Shown here in pieces: positions 12,476-24,120 of a stretch of DNA of 64,000 nt. Origin of the DNA: Saccostrea cucullata (taxonomy: Eukaryota); NCBI RefSeq assembly GCF_032062105.1, contig NW_026923523.1, positions 62,001 to 126,000 of the forward strand. The letters are read 5' to 3'. Below the pieces are notes generated by a model. It was not told the DNA's origin, made no database searches, and saw only the letters and a list, made by a program, of their open reading frames with translations. Both the position numbers and the translations under genes were made by a program. The number at the start of each line of letters is the position of its first letter. Position 1 is the stretch's first letter.

Positions 12476-13149
12476 ATGAGGATGCATTTAGGAATTTGCA
12501 TTCTGGTTCTGGTCTTAGGTGCGGTCCCCGTTGAACCCTTGCCTAGGAGTGCTAGTAAGTTTGGAATTATACACACATTCTTTAACTGACTAGACAATGA
12601 AATGGTAAAACCTTAATTTAGTAATCAATGATCTTTAATCAGATAGCATGTTACATTTCAATTTTGAAGTTAATCAATCTGTGCAATATTGTTTATGCCA
12701 ATCTAAGTTCTGAAAATTAAGAATTTCTTATAGGAGCTACGTCTTGCAATTCCCATAACACACAGAATCAATGCGCAATAGCTGGTATTTGGAGAAATCA
12801 ACTTCTTTCGGAGATGACACTTACATGCCAGAATGGAACCCTCTCGGGCCACTATTACAGCGCCGTTGGAAATGCTGAAAAAGAATACGATCTTATAGGA
12901 CGATACGTGCAGGTGAATAGCACAGAATACATCGTAGGATGGTCTGTTGCTTACAAAAACCAATACCGAAATGCTAGATCCGTTGCAAGTTGGACTGGGG
13001 TATACTATGCAACTCACGGTAATATCAAGACACATTGGATTCTGGCCAGTTACGTGGATCCAGATAATTATCAGAAAACATTTAACACAAATCAGGACCA
13101 GTTTCATAAAATTGGAGATCTGCCATGTACGCAAGGTGTAGTTGGTTGA
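12476..13149 (+). CDS. Secreted avidin/streptavidin-family protein 2 (2 coding exons)
   Basis: Exon 12476-12554 encodes MRMHLGICILVLVLGAVPVEPLPRSA, donor GTAAGT, phase 1. Exon 12734-13149 follows acceptor TTATAG: RATSCNSHNTQNQCAIAGIWRNQLLSEMTL...YYSAVGNAEKEY...WSVAYKNQYRNARSVASWTG. AATAAA at 13241. Confidence 0.92.
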
Positions 13150-13591
13150 GAGTTGTCAAAAGCAGAAAAATTGCATATTGTTCAGAATAGATTAAAGAAA
13201 TTTTTATTTAATTGTCTCAAAGTTTTCAATGTATTCTACAAATAAAGTTGTAAGAGTTTAATTGTACATGTATTTGTTAGCCAAATGTATACGCTAACGC
13301 ATTTACTTATTCATCTTGGTATTATATAATTATGGTTTTTTCAAGGATTTTTTTTGTACAATTTTACTTTTAAACAGTTGTATAAGTTATGTGAAATATG
13401 AGATACCGAATACTTTAGTCTATTTTAAACAATAGAAATCAGGAGAAGAGCAAACACGGTAATTAAAAACATTAGAGGTGGGATAAGGTGTCATGGAGGA
13501 GGAGAGTCACATTCACCGTGCACTCTTATGATCGAGTAAAGCGGAAAAAATCTTTAGATGATTTAGTATACTAGTATGAAAAATGGCTTAA

Positions 13592-14560
13592 GGTATGTCA
13601 CTCGTCAGCTTTTTAGAAAAGTTCACGCAGAACCCTTTACTTCAAAACTATTAGTTAAATTGCAATTTTAATAACATAATATTATTCTAATTCACCAATG
13701 TTAATGTTTTAACATTCAACGAAAAAACTACTCAAAAAGTTACAAAGAAGCAATATTTATGAAGGACTATTTCTTGCTGTGGTGGAAGGATATTTAGCAG
13801 AAAATTCTGCAAATCTGCACATTCATTAAATTGAATATCCTGGAACTTAACCCTCACGTACTTTTACTCGGAACTTAACCCTCACGTACTTTTACTCGGA
13901 GAAAATTTTTCGTTATGATATTGCTAGGAATGGTTACTATAGGTCTTAATTTATATTTGTAGAACAAGTTTTACACCTTCCTTCAACAAACTTTGCCAAA
14001 AAATGAAGATATGTCAAATAAATCAAGATAAAATTTAAATCATTTTTCGCCTGAAAATCACATATTTTGACCAATATTTCAAAGTTAACACCACTGACCC
14101 AAACTTTTTCTTTCGTTATTTTAAAGTACTCGATACTTGTGACTGATCAGCTCTAAAGTCGTAAAAAGCTTGATTTAAGAAAATGCTATAATGCCTATTT
14201 AGTTTTTTAATACCCCAAATCTGTTACTTTTTTGGTGCAAAAAGGTCACACAATAATTTATTTACGCGCATAAATTTGCAAGTTTTGTTCAATGATAAAT
14301 ATTATTCATACTATTTTATGTAAAATAAAATTGTATTTATTGCCATAATTACATCTGATAAAATATTATAAAGGTTAAAGTAATTTACCAATGAGTCTAA
14401 ATTTAAGTGCAAAAAGGTCAACTTAATTGTACCGTAGATCAGTGAGATGCACACTGACCCCCTATTTTTTCCTGCGATTTTGAGTCGCACTATATGAGTG
14501 CTTATCTGAATTATACTTCTCAAAAAATCCTTGATTTTACAACGTTCACGAGTGACATAC
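13592..14560. mobile_element. Kolobok-like non-autonomous element, copy 1 (right tip eroded)
   Basis: TTAA|ggtatgtcactcgt ... acgagtgacatac; inverted homolog of 44005-45000 over its length. Confidence 0.8.
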
Positions 14561-15121
14561 TGATAGGCTGTATTTTATGTGATAGGATGTATTTTATGAC
14601 ATTTCTATTATGTAGACCTTAAAATAATGACTTTTAATGAAACTGTTGATATTCTTCATTCAACTGTCTGTTTTTCAATGGCTGCCTATTTTAATAAATT
14701 GACTGTTCTTGTATATCGAATGTAAAAAAAATCATAATACATTATACATGTTCTATTAAACAGTGTGAATCAAAAACATGGTAAAATCGCTTTTTATGAC
14801 TAAACATATTATATAGATTAAAACAAGCAGTTAATAAACATCTTTCCTCAGATTAAAGAAAACTATCAAGTTTAATTGTGAATACGTCTATTGATATGCT
14901 TCTCCATAATCAAATGATTCGATACGCAAGAGAATGCTTTTCGAACTATTTTTTTTTAAATGAGGCAAGCTATTGACATACAAGTTGAGTTATCAACAGT
15001 TTTGTTTGCATTCATCGATTTATATCTTGTGGTTAATAAAGCAAATACAAACATTCATTTAATCAAACACTGATTTTTAATTAATATAGAGCTCATGTTA
15101 TAACCCCCACCAAGGAGACTA

Positions 15122-15322
15122 TGGAGACGCCACCACTTGCCGGTGCAGAGCTACAAATTCTGTCCTATACCAAGTCTCAGCCGAAGGACCGGTCATATAC
15201 AGTCTCATCATAACGACCGGTCTTCACGCCCCACAGTGGGATTCGAGCCCACGACGTAAGGATCAGCTCCTTATTTCGCGATTGTAGAGCAAACGCTCTT
15301 TCCACTGCGCCACACGGGCGAC
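15122..15322 (-). mobile_element. tRNA-derived SINE (internally deleted)
   Basis: Minus-strand head gtcgcccgtgtggcgcagtgg...gggctcgaatccc with A/B boxes; body homologous to 59803-60097 and 45749-46100. Confidence 0.7.
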
Positions 15323-17190
15323 TACATTGAATAAAAGATAAATGGAAACTGGAAGGATATACAGTAAAATGGCTAGATTGTCCGTCCGTCTGCCTTTACG
15401 TCCGTCCATCGGTTACAGTTTGGAGAACCCATCCTTTTTTAACATTTAATCTCATACTACTGAGTTAAATTTACTGAGACTTTCATGATGAGGTTATCCT
15501 TGTTGCATAGTGCCATTGAGATGTCCTATTTTACTTTTTGATCGGACACTTTTTTTTTTGGTTTCCAAAAGCAAAACGTTGGCATTGCCATTCTCTCTAT
15601 AACAATGAAGGGTACCGGGCATCTCTTATCCGCAGCTCTTTCTATACAACTTAACTGAGGTTGTTATCAGATCATCTTTATTTTGAAGTTATTTAAAGGT
15701 TTGTTGAGATTGTATTGAAGACAAAGTGTATTTAAAAGAGTTTTTGCCCAATTTAGCTTTAAGCATGTACTAGTATGTCATTTTCTGCTCTCAATTTTAA
15801 TTTAAATGTGAAAATACATTCACATATTTTCATGCTTTATTTGAAATTGTTTAAAAGCACATTATTTTAGCCGGGCTTATTGCTCAAAGAGCAATTGCCG
15901 GCTTATGTCATCCTGTTCAAGGCAGGAAGTCAACCCCATGTCGCCATTTTAAAGTTACGTGCAAAAATATAGTTCTTACTCGTAACCGCTTTTGAGATAA
16001 TACAAATGCTAAATAAAGCAACAAAAATAAAACGAAGTTTTATCTCTATAAATAAACATTAGTAGTAATGACTTTGAAAACTTCAGTCCTAAGTCAAAGA
16101 ACATAGTTCATTATAGCGTAAGGATTTTTGATAATCAGGTTTATCGTAGTTCTTTACACATACGATGTAAAGCAGGAGAGGGAACCAGACTGGCCTGTTT
16201 GTTTACATTCAGCTGCGGTACCAGATTAATTCTAACTGACAAAATCGGACTGTGGTATTAGGATTGAAAAACTCGCTGTCAGTGTCTTATCCTTTAAATT
16301 AATAGTTTTAAAATGATGTTTTCATCAGAATATAAACGTGATTCAAGTAAGAAACTCATTCTACTCTGCAAAAGAGCCCGGCTCTCTGTACTTCTGACTA
16401 CTTTGATTTTCAATAGGCACATGTATGTGTGCATAAAAAAAGTTAAAACTAATAAATGCAGTCGTTTTAACATTTACCATTAAATTGATATTTTTCTGTA
16501 CTAATTTTTTCCATACCATGTATTAAGAGTTTAATTTTCGTTGGTGGAGTAACCTTTTAGTTTTGCTCAATTTTTCTAAATTTTTATCCTCCACAATTTT
16601 ATGACAAAACAGTTTGTCTTATGCAAAGTAAATATGCTTACTTTACAACTTTTTTTTTTACAAAACAATATCATGAACTTTTTCTTTATCATTTTCTTTG
16701 TTTAAACCCCATACTTTGGATGTATATAAATTAGTATTAGATTCACATATCTGTCCAAGAGAGAGCACTCTGGTATGAATATCAAACCAATAATGATTTG
16801 ATAATGACTAATAATAACTCCCCTTGTAGTACAAGTATCGTTGTGCTTCTTCTTTTTTCCCTCATTTCTATCAACCGTTATTATTTAAGTTTTTTTTATT
16901 GAACATGTATATAAATATTGAATCCGTTTTTGCTGAACATGTGCAAAGAATTTTAAAGCATTTACTTTGTTGCAAGGCTTATGCAGTTATGACAAAAATA
17001 AATGTTACATGTATCAGCATTCATAGTAAGAAAACTATTACCAAATTATTTTCATAAGGTTGATTGATGCAATCAAAAAGTCAAATTTACAGTCCCAAAA
17101 CCCTGTCTAAAGCCAAATTGAACATCTGTATATGCCACTTCAGTACTAGTATTCTTTACTTAATATTTTCCGATCATGACAAGGAGCACT

Positions 17191-17345
17191 GACACGGCGG
17201 GTGTGACCGGTCGGCAGGGGATGCTCACTCCTCCATGGCACCTGATCCCACCTCTGATGTTTTAGAGGTCCGTGTTTGCTCTGCTCCTATTTTTTTTTAT
17301 TGTTTAATGGACTTATTAGCTTGAATACTGTTCGTTATCTCTATA
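17191..17345 (+). mobile_element. Penelope-like retroelement 3' terminal region
   Basis: Best-preserved copy of a multicopy motif; the same motif follows the RT fragment at 34560-34780. Confidence 0.55.
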
Positions 17346-17437
17346 TTTCGTATTTCATTAGAATAGAAGGGTATATACCGGTAAAGCTATGATTGACATT
17401 TGCAACTAACATAGATAATACTCCTGTAATTATTTAA

Positions 17438-17592
17438 GAAATAAAGTCCGCGTTTTCGTGAATTTTGCGGAATAACTTCCGAGGTGTTGTTTGAAAGATA
17501 AAAGCCGAGGCGTTAGGCTTTTATATTTCAAACAACATTTCGAGACCGAGGAGGTTATTCTGCAACATTCACGACAATAATGACTTTATTTC
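17438..17592. repeat. Long imperfect palindrome, probable end of a Crypton-like non-autonomous element
   Basis: gaaataaagtc...ataaaagcc-gaggcgtta-ggcttttat...gactttatttc; preceded by tttaagaaataaa, as at 22754. Confidence 0.6.
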
Positions 17593-19624
17593 TATTCTAC
17601 TACAAGTGCTAGCATCTCTAAAATACGACTGATCGTTTCTCTATAGAGAAACGAATTAGGTCACCATGCTGCGATAACGCTGTTCCATTTAGCACCAGAG
17701 TGTAAATGTGTTTGTTTACCTGTGAATAGAATGAAGACGATTTGTCGTTTACTGCATTAAAAGTAGCCTTTTATTAATTATAAATCTGTTTGTAGCTTAA
17801 ATAGATTAATCTTTTTGAATATACAATAACAAAATCAGTTTCCTATTTTACCACTTTATCACTAAAATCACGAAGGGAAGTTCGTGAAACAGCCCCGCTT
17901 GGCTTTAGAAACCTACATTCATCAGCTACTTTCTGCAATATACAGTGTTTAAATTGCAAAAGATGACACATCAATGTGGTCTAAATAAGTATTTCATGCT
18001 TAAGTCAAATGTACATTTCAACTGCACAGGTTTGATACATGTTTCTGATGTGATAATTTTTTATGACGGTCGTGATTTATTGGAGAATAATGTTCGCGGC
18101 TTTTCTTTGACCTCGGCAATAATCGTAGTAGAATTGTGTATAACTTTCCCCCTTTTTATCCTCTTGTACAAGTATACACTTTGACCAAATGCAAGACTCG
18201 GAGAAAAACCAAGACCTAATTAATAGCAATAAATATTTTATCCAAAACCGATTTTAGGCCAAGGTACAATTTATAAATACCTGACCGTTTTTCATTTAGA
18301 ATAAAACCTCTGCGCAACTCTTATAAATATATTTTAACCATGTATACACATGTAAAAAAATATTTTATTAAATACTGATAAGATACCCCAATTCTTCATA
18401 ACAAATTGATTACTCTGCCCATTGATATACTGTACACTTAAACCCGCGGTCATTTTTCGTTGCATTATGACAAAATCGGGTCCCCGTACACCTGTGCACG
18501 AGATAAATGTTGTTACCCTCGTCCCTCAAGTATCAGGTAAAAGTGCTTTGGAACGATAGTACTTGTGAGTACCCTCTAATTAAATTTCGTATAATAAAAA
18601 AAATCATTCTCTAGAACATTAAATAACCTTTTTATTGATTTTTAGATACAAGTGTAAGTGTGACTTTAAAATGTACTATTATTTTGAATATGTGCAAGAT
18701 TTGTTTAGTTTTAATTTCTTTTTCCTGTCTGTACTAGTTTTCTGACCTCGATCAAAAAACGACTGGCAACAACTTTTCTTATCAAATATTGTCAAGATAA
18801 TCAGCATAACAATTCTGTAAATACTTTTACACCAGCACTTGTTAAATGTTACGGGAGCATATTGGTGATAAAAATTCATCGAAGTCAAAACACGGAGGTG
18901 TACCGCCGCCCTTGTATATCAACCTAGAATAAACAGAGAAAGAAACATATGTCAATCCCTGGAACACAGACACATGACGTACGTTACTTTTTTAAAGATA
19001 AAAATTATACCCATTATCTTATAATATTAGGTAGGGGGTTATTTTTTAATGAAAAGACTAATAAGTAACCCGTCGTGTGCTTTTGACCGTGGTTGTAACA
19101 GTCTAAAAACAATCAATAATAATCTCAGTTCTTCAACAAAATAAAGCAAACTGATTTTAAAAAATCTACTTTACTTCTACCAAAAGAGTCATTTAAGTTA
19201 TACATGTATCAAGGTTAGGTTATAAAAATGTACATCAATGCAAACATAATCTTGTGATGTATATCTTGTGATGTCGTGTGAAACCGGGTAACTTTCATCT
19301 CGTCTAAAACTTACTACCAGTCTTGTACATTTATAGAGCTGTCTTAATATTTATAGGAAATTACAGTTTTACAATAAAGTAAACAAAATTTTAAGAAATT
19401 CGTTTCATATTTTATATGATTATCACTTTTTTATGATTTGCTCAGATTTAAAATCTAGGTCAATTATATTTAAAGTCATTTAATAAATTATTCATTTTAT
19501 TTCATTTGGAAAGAAATTCTTTTAAGAGAAGCTACAAATGTCAATTGCATATGAAGTGCAGACATACTCAGGATTTTCTTTCCTTTCTTTCTTATTTCTT
19601 TAGGAAATTATGTGATTGTAACCA

Positions 19625-21976
19625 ATGGATTCTAATAGCGAGGACTTAGTTCTGACCAAACCCATATATGAAAACGGAGAATACAAGAATCCCTGGAACC
19701 ATCAGGAATTGCCGAGTATTGCAAGCAAAAGGACGCTTAAATTTCTTTGGAATCTGCTCATAACGTCTTCAAACCTTCCAAGTAAAAAGGTTAAGCAACA
19801 TGATTAAATAAAATGCAATAAAATTTTTAGTTGCTATTTCAGGTACGTGGTTAATATAAGCCGAGGTCTCACCGTCCCGCAGCGGGATTGGAGCCCACGA
19901 CGTAAGGATCATCTCCTTACTTCGTGAGTCTAGAGCATACGCTCTTACCGCTGCACTACACGGATCGGGCGACTCCCCTTTATGAAAAGTTCTATTATAG
20001 GAAGAAATACAAGGATATTAATAGTGCGGTTGATAAACAATTATTTCGTCAGTGTTGAACCAGTAACGCTTAATGAAAAAAAACGAAGCATGTAGAATTG
20101 ATAGGTAGATAATGTTAAAGTGATTTATTTTTTTAAAATAATGTGTTTTATTTTGGAAAAACTAAGGAAAAAAAAATCAATAAACATACCTATAATATTG
20201 TAATTGTTCCTTCTCAGGTTTTGGATCAACATCTTCCGGTGGAGAGGCCAGATTTTGTTAAGTTGCGCAATCCCCCAGTTTCGGGGATCCAGACGACCTG
20301 GATTGGTCATGCAACAGTCCTAGTGCAGTTTGACGGTATTTCCGTTCTCACTGATCCTATGTTTAGCCAACGGTGTTCGCCATTTTCTTGGATTGGAGGA
20401 AACAAACGATACCGCCCTTCTCCATGTAAAATAGAGGAGCTCCCCAAAGTTGACGTCGTTTTGGTTAGTCATTCACATTATGACCACTTGGACTACAGCT
20501 CTGTGCAAAAGCTGAATAACAAGTTTGGTGATTCTTTACACTGGTTTGTGCCAGTTGGTTTGAGATCCTGGATGGAGAGTGCCGGATGTCTGAAAGTTAC
20601 TGAGCTGTCATGGTGGGAGGAAGCCAAATTTAGGAACAAAGAAGAATTCTTAATTGCTTGCACACCAACACAACACTTTTCAGGACGAACCTTATTTGAC
20701 AACAATAAGGTAAAAATATTTCTTTTTGACAAAGTACAACACAATGCCATGGATTTCGTTTTCTTGCACATCTTTAGTAAAGTAATTTGGAAGGCCTCTG
20801 TAATGTAAGGATAGAGCCTATAATGAACTTATATGTGTCTGCAATATTCCGGTAAAATAGAAATGTTTCTTTTTATATATACAGAGTCTCTGGGCCAGTT
20901 GGGTGGTAAAAGGTCCGAAATCCACGTTCTTCTTCGCTGGAGACACTGGATATTCTAAAGATTTTAAAACGATAGGGAAAAAATACGGACCAATGACGTT
21001 AGCTGCTATCCCCATAGGCGCATATGCTCCAAGGTAAAACGTTTGCCAAGAAGTATATTAATATTGTATGTATTTTGGCGGGTTTTTTTCTTTGGGGGGA
21101 GGGGAGCAAATTTTAGCCGATTCATATATTTTTTGAAGGAATTAAAATTTTTCTAATTTTCTCAGTTAACCATTCCATATTTGGTACATGTTTATGTAAC
21201 TACTCTTCATACAAGGTTTATGTGATAAGCTTCAAGCTGTATTGCCTTAATTCAGTCTTATAAAAGATAAATTTGTGTCTACTTTTTATTCAGAGATTTC
21301 TTAAAGTATCACCACGTAAATCCAGAGGAGGCAGTACAAATCCATACAGATGTCCAGGCCAAATTTTCGTTAGGAATACACTGGGGGACATTTAGAATGG
21401 CTTTGGAGGTATATATATTGTTAATGCCAAAATAAAGACATATAGGGAATATTTTTATCTGTTAACAAAGTATAAGCTAATGAATTAATAAAAAAAAAAA
21501 ATAACGCCGAGCTATATATAGTTATATTATCACTCATAAGATAACTCATTTAGAGACAATACGATAGTGAAAGGCCTTATGAAATAATAATGTACATGTA
21601 TGTACAAAAGTTCAAATATTTTATAATAATGATATTATATATATATATATATATATAAAAACTTTAATAAGAAAAATTGTATGATGGAAAAATCCAACTG
21701 AATGTTCTAAAGTGATTGTGCATGTAGGATAGGTCGAATTCCTTTTAAATTTGTTTCATAATTTCTAATGATATATGTCTATTATGTAAGCACAGTCTGA
21801 TACACTTTTTCTCTTCGTTTATAACTGTTGGAATTTTATTTCAGCCCTACGATGAATGTGTTAATCGAGTAGCAACAGCCTTAAGGGAGAAAAACTTACA
21901 GCCTGTATCTTTTTTTACCTTACGGCACGGTCAAGTGGTTACAATTGGTGGAAATGACATTAACGAAGTTGATTAA
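19625..21976 (+). CDS. NAPEPLD: N-acyl-phosphatidylethanolamine-hydrolysing phospholipase D (metallo-beta-lactamase fold), about 350 aa
   Basis: Coding exons 19625-19789, 20218-20709, 20885-21033, 21294-21408, 21845-21976, all GT-AG with consistent phase. Motifs [62 protein letters not shown]. Confidence 0.93.
19859..19973 (-). mobile_element. tRNA-derived SINE head fragment in a NAPE-PLD intron
   Basis: Homologous to ~15225-15322 (gagcccacgacgtaaggatca.ctcctta). Confidence 0.65.
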
Positions 21977-22760
21977 TTTTTAAGAGTCCAAACCAACTTT
22001 TTTAAATAATGTAAAAATGTTTGATAAGGCCAGATCGCGACAAGACCACAATAGTAAATCATCGGTTTCATTTTCAACATATTCTAACAAGATTACGGTG
22101 TATCGATAACTGTTACCATTGTGTGTGTGTTTAAGAAGATAATCTGTGTTTGTTGTGTATGTTATGTGAAAGATATTTTGCTAAGTAAATCCATGCCTAC
22201 AAATATTTCATTTCATTGCAATAATTTTTTAATCATTCGGATGTGATTAATGATAAATTAATAAACCTGTTTACCTTTAGAAAAAATTAAGAAAAACTAC
22301 AAAAGATGAGATTTAACCTCATTTTTTATGCAGCCTATTGGACATTGGATCTTTTATAAGGGGCATGGTGATGACGAATCAAACTGGAAAGTATTGTTTT
22401 TAATCAACAATAATAATGATAATTTTTAATATTTTTTAACAAGATTTTCTATTATACTCTATTTTATTCCCATCAAGAAATACGAGGTTATCTTTGGATT
22501 ATATATATGAATACAAATAAAATATAAAAAGATCGTATCACATTTCATTTTTTTACATTACTCTTCCGTATTTACAATCTATTTTTGTTTTCTCTGTTCA
22601 ACTAGATCTGTGCCTCTTCTCTTTACTGGGAGCGAGCTTTCACACTGTAGTTATAATAGAAAAGAAAGATGGCATTGTATGTGAAAAGGACAATCTATAG
22701 ACTTAATAGAGAGTATATTTAAATAGAAAATGTATGCTTTCTTTTTTTCAACATTTAAGA

Positions 22761-22910
22761 AATAAATAACAAGTTTATAAACTTCAATGGGAATTGAAGT
22801 GGGTCGGTCACGTGATCAAATCCTGTGAAGGCCGAAGGCCTTCTCAGAAGATTTGATCACGTAACAACCCACTTCAATTCCCATTGAAGTTTATAAACTT
22901 GTTATTTATT
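22761..22910. repeat. 150-bp near-perfect palindrome with ggccGAAggcc apex, probable Crypton-like element end
   Basis: aataaataacaagtttataaacttcaatgggaattgaagtgggt is mirrored exactly at the right end; apex at 22834-22836. Confidence 0.85.
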
Positions 22911-24120
22911 ACTTATATATACATTTGAGACAGACAATTGAATATTTTCGAATTTAAATTATTGCACTAACCGTCCGTCGTAGATTTTGAAAAATAATCG
23001 GCTTGCATGGCGGTTACGCTTCGAATTCATTAGGCTAAGGAATCTATTTCGAAGGGAATATTTTGTGAAAGCTACTTGTGATCAGTAATAGTGAACAGAT
23101 TGTTTTCTGGGAATATTTTATTCGTGAAAAATGATAATTGATGCTGAAAAGGCATAAGAAACATGTCCGAAGTTTGATGATAAAAAGTTGGAGGAATTTC
23201 GGTCGCTGGAAAGGGATGGATGGATCTGATGGACTGAGACACTTGTCCGAGCCAGTTAATTTGAAATTTGATCAAAAACATTCCACGGTTTCAGTTACTA
23301 AAGGCATACTTATCGTAAAACACTGATAAACACGGAGACACTGGCGACAGCTTTACATTGAACTACGAAAACGCCGGGTGTTTGGCAGCTGTTCATGGCA
23401 TGATTGCAAAGATATTTTCCAACAGATTTACACATTTATCGTGAGTAAAATTTAAAGATAAAATAAAAGTTTATCATGAAAATTTAACCAAAGGTCTTTC
23501 CAAAAAATAAGGATGAACGTTAGAGACTATGCAGCTGACAAAAGTGAAGAAAAATGTAAACAAACGCTAAAAAAAAGTTTTCTCTATGTACACAGGTTGA
23601 ATCGATAGCCCCAAAACTGTATGAAATGAAATACTTGTTTACATTTAAAATAAAATAATTATCATTTTACTTGTGCTTATTTTATTCATTTTTATACATG
23701 AAAAGCAAGTAGAGCAGGTCATTTTATAATTTATGTACCGGTAGATATTATTGCGCCGTGTGATTAGGTCACGTATTGACCTCTGACCTCTGACAAACTT
23801 CATACAGAATTGAAGATATTTTCTCTCTGTATGTTTATATAATGGAGAGATACCACAAATGTATATATTATCACATATAAAAATCGTTTTTTTTTTTAAA
23901 TTCATAGAATAAATAATATCTAGTGAAATTTATCCCTTACAAATTATATTTATTCTACCTATAGTTAAAAAGGTCTTTGTTAAAGGGACTTGGACGCATT
24001 GGCTCAACTCCAATATAAGGATAAAGTAGTACTTTGACTGAAACAATATAAACATATTCATACATCACTGTATATTGTAGTAATATAGTAAATATTTCTA
24101 CATTCCACACATGGATTTAC

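Noticed and set aside
12734-13149. Bacterial contamination as the source of the streptavidin-like sequence
   Set aside because: Spliced signal-peptide exon, polyA signal, host-like AT content and flanking host repeats show it is integrated in the animal genome
20143-20217. ORF-track start (and 20710-20808 tail) of NAPE-PLD
   Set aside because: Intron read-through; splice sites at 20217 and 20710 give a continuous NAPE-PLD
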